From IMG/VR virus record IMGVR_UViG_3300037418_001222: a stretch of DNA of 49,910 bases, one strand, 5' to 3'. The position numbers were made by a program, and so were the translations under genes. Below, one piece after another: positions 45,824 to 49,910 of the stretch. A model generated the notes under the pieces. It had not been told where the DNA came from, searched no databases, and saw nothing but the letters and a program-made list of their open reading frames with translations. The first letter of the stretch is position 1; each line of letters opens with the position of its first letter. The DNA comes from a virus (Duplodnaviria > Heunggongvirae > Uroviricota > Caudoviricetes).

Positions 45824-46204
45824 ATGAAAATCGTGGAATTTATTAGTGGACCATGGGGTGTTCTAATTCAAAAAGCAATTCTGATCCTTCTAGTAGTTGG
45901 ATCGCTCTTCATGATATATAGAGACATCACTGGTCAAGCGACTCAGTCTCAGTATCTAAGAGATCAAACCACTCAACTGGCCCAGCTTCAGAAGGACAAT
46001 CAAGACCTTCAGACCAAGCTAGATAATCTACAAAAGGTTAACACTAGCATTCTCACTAATCTAAATAAAGAGAATCAGAAAGTTATTGAGACTCATGATG
46101 TAGTTACTCATTACATCGAGTCTCCAGAGGCTCAACAGTCTAATGAGCAACCAGTTCCTGATGTAATCAAGAATACGATTGGAATGTTACGTGATCAAAA
46201 GTAA
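45824..46204 (+). CDS. inner-membrane spanin (i-spanin)
   Basis: N-terminal TM helix plus periplasmic coiled coil, directly after the endolysin. Confidence 0.72.
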   Translation: MKIVEFISGPWGVLIQKAILILLVVGSLFMIYRDITGQATQSQYLRDQTTQLAQLQKDNQDLQTKLDNLQKVNTSILTNLNKENQKVIETHDVVTHYIESPEAQQSNEQPVPDVIKNTIGMLRDQK

Positions 46205-46496
46205 GTTTCTATTAATCCTATCGGCGTTTGCCATGACTGGGTGTGGTGTTCATCCTCACTTACAGCCTACAAAAACAGAGTATAGAGTCGTGATGCCGGA
46301 GGATAAGTATTTTTCTGGCTGTGACGTTGTGTCTCTTCCGGATCCGGCTACTCTAACGAATACTCAGGTAGCTCAGTTGATTGTTGACCTAGCAACGGTT
46401 AATAAGGTTTGCCATAATAATAACAAAGCTATACATGATTATCTAATTGCTGCTCAGAAAGAGCTAGCTAAGAAGAACTCTGCTGTTAAGAATTAA
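46191..46496 (+). CDS. outer-membrane lipoprotein spanin (o-spanin)
   Basis: GTG start, lipobox AMTGC, Pro-rich segment, overlaps the i-spanin end. Confidence 0.72.
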   Translation: MIKSKFLLILSAFAMTGCGVHPHLQPTKTEYRVVMPEDKYFSGCDVVSLPDPATLTNTQVAQLIVDLATVNKVCHNNNKAIHDYLIAAQKELAKKNSAVKN

Positions 46497-46672
46497 CGCA
46501 TATCTACAAGGCGTCCAAGTGTATCTATTGCTCTGCAAGGTACGTTTGGATGCCTCTTCTTTAGATCGTCTAGTCTCTTAGAGATGATCTGAAATACGTA
46601 CACGCACTGACCAGCTGGAATCCAGTTCTGGTTTGGACTCTGATATTGAAGTGTGACGTATCCTACATTCAT
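46493..46672 (-). CDS. hypothetical protein (59 aa)
   Basis: read manually: MNVGYVTLQYQ...CRAIDTLGRLVDMR. Confidence 0.5.
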   Translation of the reverse strand: MNVGYVTLQYQSPNQNWIPAGQCVYVFQIISKRLDDLKKRHPNVPCRAIDTLGRLVDMR

Positions 46673-46680
46673 ACTCTTAT

Positions 46681-47286
46681 TTAGTCACCGTGATAGTCTG
46701 GCCATCCGTTTATGTGACCTAACTCATGACAAGTAATACGAGCATATCCATCTTGTTCAGAATACATGCAAGGGCTTGGAACCTTTATCACATTTTTCTC
46801 TACTGAAATAGTATTGCTCTCAAAATAGATAGTGACGGTGACATTGCTCCTATTACCAAGATATCCACACATCATATTCGCATATTGATCCGTCTTTGGA
46901 TACTGACAGGGATTAGGAAGAGTCATTGTGCGAAAATCTGAAAATGCAAATACGGTTGAACCACAAAATGGTCTACCATTAATTCCTCCATCGGCATTTA
47001 CTTGTTCTGGAGTCTCAAATGTTACTCTGACTCTAGCATCTTTCTGAAATCTTAGTGGAGGAAACGCAGTGTTAAAGTACGTCGCGTGTGGAACATTACG
47101 AGGAAGAGGTGGAGCGCTTGGCGCATACTGATCTGGAAAACAGTTAGGTCGAGATTTTGGATAAACTAGACCAACATCAGTTCCAACCTGATTAAATGAG
47201 GTATGATTTTGGAGTGGTTCGATTGCATATACCGTAGACGAAAAAAGAGCCACTAGGGCTCCGAATAATGCGACTATCTTATTCAT
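46681..47286 (-). CDS. secreted protein with C-terminal HExxH
   Basis: signal peptide, duplicated PxPCxY...YA...C unit, terminal CHELGHINGW. Confidence 0.65.
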   Translation of the reverse strand: MNKIVALFGALVALFSSTVYAIEPLQNHTSFNQVGTDVGLVYPKSRPNCFPDQYAPSAPPLPRNVPHATYFNTAFPPLRFQKDARVRVTFETPEQVNADGGINGRPFCGSTVFAFSDFRTMTLPNPCQYPKTDQYANMMCGYLGNRSNVTVTIYFESNTISVEKNVIKVPSPCMYSEQDGYARITCHELGHINGWPDYHGD

Positions 47287-47321
47287 AGTCATCTCCCTTT
47301 GTGTTCAATTATTTAGGGAGA

Positions 47322-47398
47322 TGGTGTCCTTGGTGGGACTCGAACCCACATACATTCTATTTTGAGCAGAATAGGTTTACCGTTTCCGTCACAAGGAC
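47322..47398 (-). tRNA. tRNA-Leu(CAA), short variable loop
   Basis: TTCTG-CTCAAAA-TAGAA, ACCA end. Confidence 0.85.
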
Positions 47399-47608
47399 TC
47401 AATGTACATTATTGGATTGCAGAATGCTCTACAAAAACCTCTAACAATCTCATCGACTTCATTCTTTTCTTTACCCAGCGGCCATGAGTAATATGAGGAG
47501 ACTCTTTCTTCTCGTCCACATACATTACCCAAGAGTTCTAATTTACGAATAAGCATTATAACCACTCCTATAGTCCGTATGTCTATTCAATACTCTTGGC
47601 ATAATTGA

Positions 47609-47692
47609 TGGTGCCCCTGGTCGGAATCGAACCGACGCGTCTAATGACACAACCACCTCAGGACTGCGCGTATACCTCTTCGCCACAGGGGC
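47609..47692 (-). tRNA. tRNA-Leu(GAG)
   Basis: CAGTC-CTGAGGT-GGTTG, long variable arm, ACCA. Confidence 0.88.
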
Positions 47693-47700
47693 ATTAATAT

Positions 47701-47811
47701 TGGAGCGAAGTGGGGGAATTTAACCCTGTAGAAGATAGGACGTCATCATTCTACCACTACCCGCTACTCAGGTCATGATCCCGAGCGTGCTTACAATTAC
47801 ACTAACTTCGC
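47701..47811 (-). tRNA. atypical 111-nt tRNA-like RNA, anticodon CAU
   Basis: GCGAAGT/ACTTCGC-TCCA acceptor, CTCGGG-ATCATGA-CCTGAG, about 40-nt variable insert. Confidence 0.65.
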
Positions 47812-47812
47812 A

Positions 47813-47887
47813 TGGTGCCGATTGGAAGAATTGAACTCCCGATTCCTGAGTACGAAACAGGTGTGTTACCACTACTACTAAATCGGC
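47813..47887 (-). tRNA. tRNA-Thr(CGU)
   Basis: GCCGATT acceptor, loop TT-CGT-AC, ACCA. Confidence 0.85.
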
Positions 47888-47894
47888 TTGTATT

Positions 47895-47980
47895 TGGTGT
47901 GTGGTGGAGGAGTTGAACCTCAATCTCCGGGATTCATACCGGCGTCTTACCATGCTGTATACCGCTTAGACGACCCACAC
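47895..47980 (-). tRNA. atypical tRNA-like RNA (Phe GAA-like), expanded D-loop
   Basis: GTGTGG/CCACAC-ACCA, 20-nt D-loop, CCGG-TATGAATC-CCGG. Confidence 0.55.
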
Positions 47981-47986
47981 ATTAAC

Positions 47987-48061
47987 TGGTGCTCCTAAGA
48001 GGAATCGAACCTCTTCTCGATCTGTACCAAAGACCGGTGCTACCATTATCACTATAGGAGC
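47987..48061 (-). tRNA. tRNA-Thr(GGU)
   Basis: GGTCT-TTGGTAC-AGATC, ACCA. Confidence 0.9.
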
Positions 48062-48135
48062 ATATGAGGACGGCCAGAGTGCTTAACTGACTTGCAAAAT
48101 AGTATTCCTTTCGAAACACTCATCCTCGTAAAATC

Positions 48136-48210
48136 TGGTGCTCCGTGAAGGAATCGAACCTTCTACCTCCTCTACGTCAAAGAGGAGCTCTACCAGTGAG
48201 CTAACGGAGC
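48136..48210 (-). tRNA. tRNA-Val(GAC)
   Basis: CCTCT-TTGACGT-AGAGG, ACCA. Confidence 0.92.
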
Positions 48211-48213
48211 AAA

Positions 48214-48360
48214 TTGCTGGAGCTTACACCACTCTTCTCTGGCCGGCGTCCTACTTCCAGACCTTCCGCTTTCAAGGCGGCTGTGCTTTGATCATTTACG
48301 ACAATGATCTAGGACTGCTCTTTACAATCGGATTAGTCGTAATCTCCGAAAGTCCAGCAA
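48214..48360 (-). ncRNA. structured RNA between tRNA-His and tRNA-Val
   Basis: TTGCTGGA/TCCAGCAA closing stem with several internal helices. Confidence 0.55.
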
Positions 48361-48365
48361 AACTA

Positions 48366-48443
48366 TGGGGTGTACGACGGGTTTCGATCCCGCTTCTCCG
48401 GTTTCACAGTCCGGCATGTTGAGCCACAATCACTACGTACACC
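48366..48443 (-). tRNA. tRNA-His(GUG)
   Basis: G-1 and C73, CCGGA-CTGTGAA-ACCGG. Confidence 0.9.
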
Positions 48444-48539
48444 ATAAACTGTGCCGAATTCTATCTTACGGATCCACTCCGGATCACCATTGCTGGCATA
48501 GTGCACACCACTTGGGTTTCGGCTTCGTACATATTAAAA

Positions 48540-48616
48540 TGGTCAGGGTGGAAGGAATCGAACCTTCACCTCGGGGGTCCAAGCCACCGATTTCTCACCG
48601 CCTAAACTACACCCTG
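48540..48616 (-). tRNA. tRNA-Pro(UGG), second divergent copy
   Basis: CAGGGTG/CACCCTG, loop CT-TGG-AC, ACCA. Confidence 0.82.
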
Positions 48617-48628
48617 ATTAATTATGTA

Positions 48629-48680
48629 ACAGGAACGTCTTGGTTGTTATAGCAAAACAAAGAGTTGCTGAATCGTTCCT
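48629..48680 (-). ncRNA. Y-RNA-like family member 7 (minimal; Ser-GCU anticodon stem-loop)
   Basis: AGGAACG-ATTCAGCAA ... CGTTCCT-GT; cargo TTGTT-TTGCTAT-AACAA. Confidence 0.75.
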
Positions 48681-48776
48681 CAAACCAAAATTCTGTGTAC
48701 CGAATAACGGATCGGTACCACCCCGAGAAACGGCCGTTTACGGCACCCGTTCCGCCACTTCTCTTTCGAGAAGATC

Positions 48777-48956
48777 TTATTTTCTTTTCTTACGAGACTG
48801 AAGCTTCTTCAAGTTAGAGCGGTAAAGTGCTTCCTTCTTAGCAGAAGTCTCAGAGCTGATACGGCCAGGGTAAACTGGGCGACCAAGCTTTGCAAGATGA
48901 CGAAAGTTATTTGCTGCCTGTTTTCTGCGGCGGCGAGCAGTTCTTGCTACTGACAT
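48777..48956 (-). CDS. 59-aa highly basic protein
   Basis: read manually: MSVARTARRRRKQAANNFRHLAKLGRPVYPGRISSETSAKKEALYRSNLKKLQSRKKRK, AAGGA RBS. Confidence 0.7.
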   Translation of the reverse strand: MSVARTARRRRKQAANNFRHLAKLGRPVYPGRISSETSAKKEALYRSNLKKLQSRKKRK

Positions 48957-49028
48957 TCGTTAAGTTCCTTTCTAGGTTAACCTAACGATGTCCTCCCATA
49001 ACTTCAGTCATTTCATAATCTCCAATAG

Positions 49029-49106
49029 TGGAGCTACGGACGGGACTCGAACCCGCATCGTCCTGCTTGAAAGGCAAGTTTCCTAGACCAATTAGAAGAC
49101 CGTAGC
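49029..49106 (-). tRNA. tRNA-Glu(UUC)
   Basis: CTTGC-CTTTCAA-GCAGG, TCCA. Confidence 0.9.
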
Positions 49107-49115
49107 ATTAAATTG

Positions 49116-49199
49116 TGGTACCAGGAAGGGGACTCGAACCCCTACGCCGGAGGCACGGGCTTCTAAGACCCGCGTGGCTACCAATTACACCATCCTGGC
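49116..49199 (-). tRNA. tRNA-Leu(UAG)
   Basis: CGGGT-CTTAGAA-GCCCG, long variable arm. Confidence 0.92.
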
Positions 49200-49211
49200 A
49201 CATAAACAAAA

Positions 49212-49288
49212 TGGTAGTCCCAAAGGGTCTCGAACCCTCATTTCCGCTGTGAGAGAGCGGTGTCCTAGTCCGGTTAGACGATGGGACC
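49212..49288 (-). tRNA. tRNA-Glu(CUC)
   Basis: CCGCT-CTCTCAC-AGCGG, ACCA. Confidence 0.92.
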
Positions 49289-49297
49289 ACTAACATT

Positions 49298-49384
49298 TGG
49301 TGGGTAGTCTAGGGTTCGAACCTAGCATGAGGTTTAACTCGTCCGCTTTACAGGCGGGTGCCCGTCCACTCAGGCGTACTACCC
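49298..49384 (-). tRNA. tRNA-Tyr(GUA)
   Basis: loop CT-GTA-AA, long variable arm, ACCA. Confidence 0.9.
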
Positions 49385-49393
49385 ATCAAACTA

Positions 49394-49471
49394 TGGAGGA
49401 CCGCCTGGGGCTCGAACCCAACCAAGACGAAGATTAAGAGTCTTCCGCTCTACCTACTGAGCTACCGGTCC
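49394..49471 (-). tRNA. tRNA-Lys(CUU)
   Basis: GAAGA-CTCTTAA-TCTTC, TCCA. Confidence 0.9.
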
Positions 49472-49479
49472 ATTAGAAT

Positions 49480-49510
49480 ATTATATATACAGGTTCTTTA
49501 GAAATGTCAA
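49480..49510 (-). promoter_or_regulatory. sigma70-type promoter of the tRNA cluster
   Basis: TTGACA-17-TATATA(AT), same pattern as at 21401 and 23960. Confidence 0.75.
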
Positions 49511-49731
49511 CAAGAAAACCAAAGAATATCTGTTACTACTTCATCATCGAGTTCACAGATATCAGATGGAGAGAGTTCCTTGGAATCATCAACCTCGCCG
49601 TCAGCAACAGCGAATCCATATCCATCACCGTCATCAACAGCGCCTTCAATATGCATTCCAATGAATTCATAGATGTCAATAAGACGACCAAGATCGAGAT
49701 CTTCTTGAGTGAGTTCCCTAATCATTTCTTC
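49507..49731 (-). CDS. acidic hypothetical protein
   Basis: MIRELTQED..., ATGA overlap with the upstream ORF. Confidence 0.6.
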   Translation of the reverse strand, partial: EEMIRELTQEDLDLGRLIDIYEFIGMHIEGAVDDGDGYGFAVADGEVDDSKELSPSDICELDDEVVTDILWFSC

Positions 49732-49910
49732 TTTCCACCTCCAAATTGAGCTTGCCACTTTGAATCAGAAATAGAAAGTCCCTCTCCAGCGAGAAGAACA
49801 TTCCACATAATCCTTGATATCTCTTTTGAGTTTGGAGCAGCTTCTAAGTCCCGAATAAGCACCATCTTCTTAACGGCCTTAGTCTTGGATGACCTAATCA
49901 ATTCTAGAGA
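49728..49910 (-). CDS. partial hypothetical protein (runs off the window)
   Basis: open frame from the window edge to TGA at 49728. Confidence 0.5.

Noticed and set aside
48484-48500. Eighth CAGCAA family member
   Set aside because: Here CAGCAA forms a GNRA tetraloop hairpin and is not next to a terminal RGG stem.
48777-48956. Phage ribosomal protein bS21 or ArfA
   Set aside because: Basic and small, but lacks the bS21 YEKPS-type and ArfA KKGKGSY motifs.
47768-49296. ORFs overlapping the tRNA cluster (47768, 48138, 48365, 49108)
   Set aside because: Translations of tRNA sequence.
1-49910. Genome-wide TAG reassignment (code 15) suggested by the CUA tRNA
   Set aside because: All core and late genes are full length in code 11, and TAG ends genes at expected positions, including the conserved gp43 C-terminus.

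Overview
About 50 kb of a large T4-like (Tevenvirinae-type gene set) myophage of a Gram-negative host, almost all on the minus strand and in standard genetic code 11. Core genes are DNA polymerase gp43, UvsX, helicase gp41, primase gp61, thyX, nrdAB, RNase H, DexA, PhoH and a Cas4-like exonuclease. It also carries late/virion genes with TATAAATA promoters, a plus-strand endolysin/two-component spanin cassette, many small accessory ORFs and 18 tRNA or tRNA-like genes. The most unusual part is a translation/RNA island at about 18.4-24 kb, with a satellite copy in the 47.3-49.5 kb tRNA cluster. (1) A Ro60/TROVE-like DUF2828-vWA gene is surrounded by a family of seven Y-RNA-like ncRNAs. They share a 6-7 bp closing stem and a (U/A)UUCAGCAA-type motif but carry different tRNA-mimic cargos: a CCA-less tRNA-Lys(UUU) body, circularly permuted T/acceptor/D elbows, and bare anticodon stem-loops. 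(2) There is an amber-suppressor tRNA(CUA). (3) A minigene ATG-CGC-TAG-TTA-AAG-CCA-CCT-TAA overlaps a hairpin that hides the ribosome-binding site of a PTH2-like peptidyl-tRNA hydrolase gene, a candidate amber-readthrough translational switch. All calls were made by eye; no database searches or folding programs were run.
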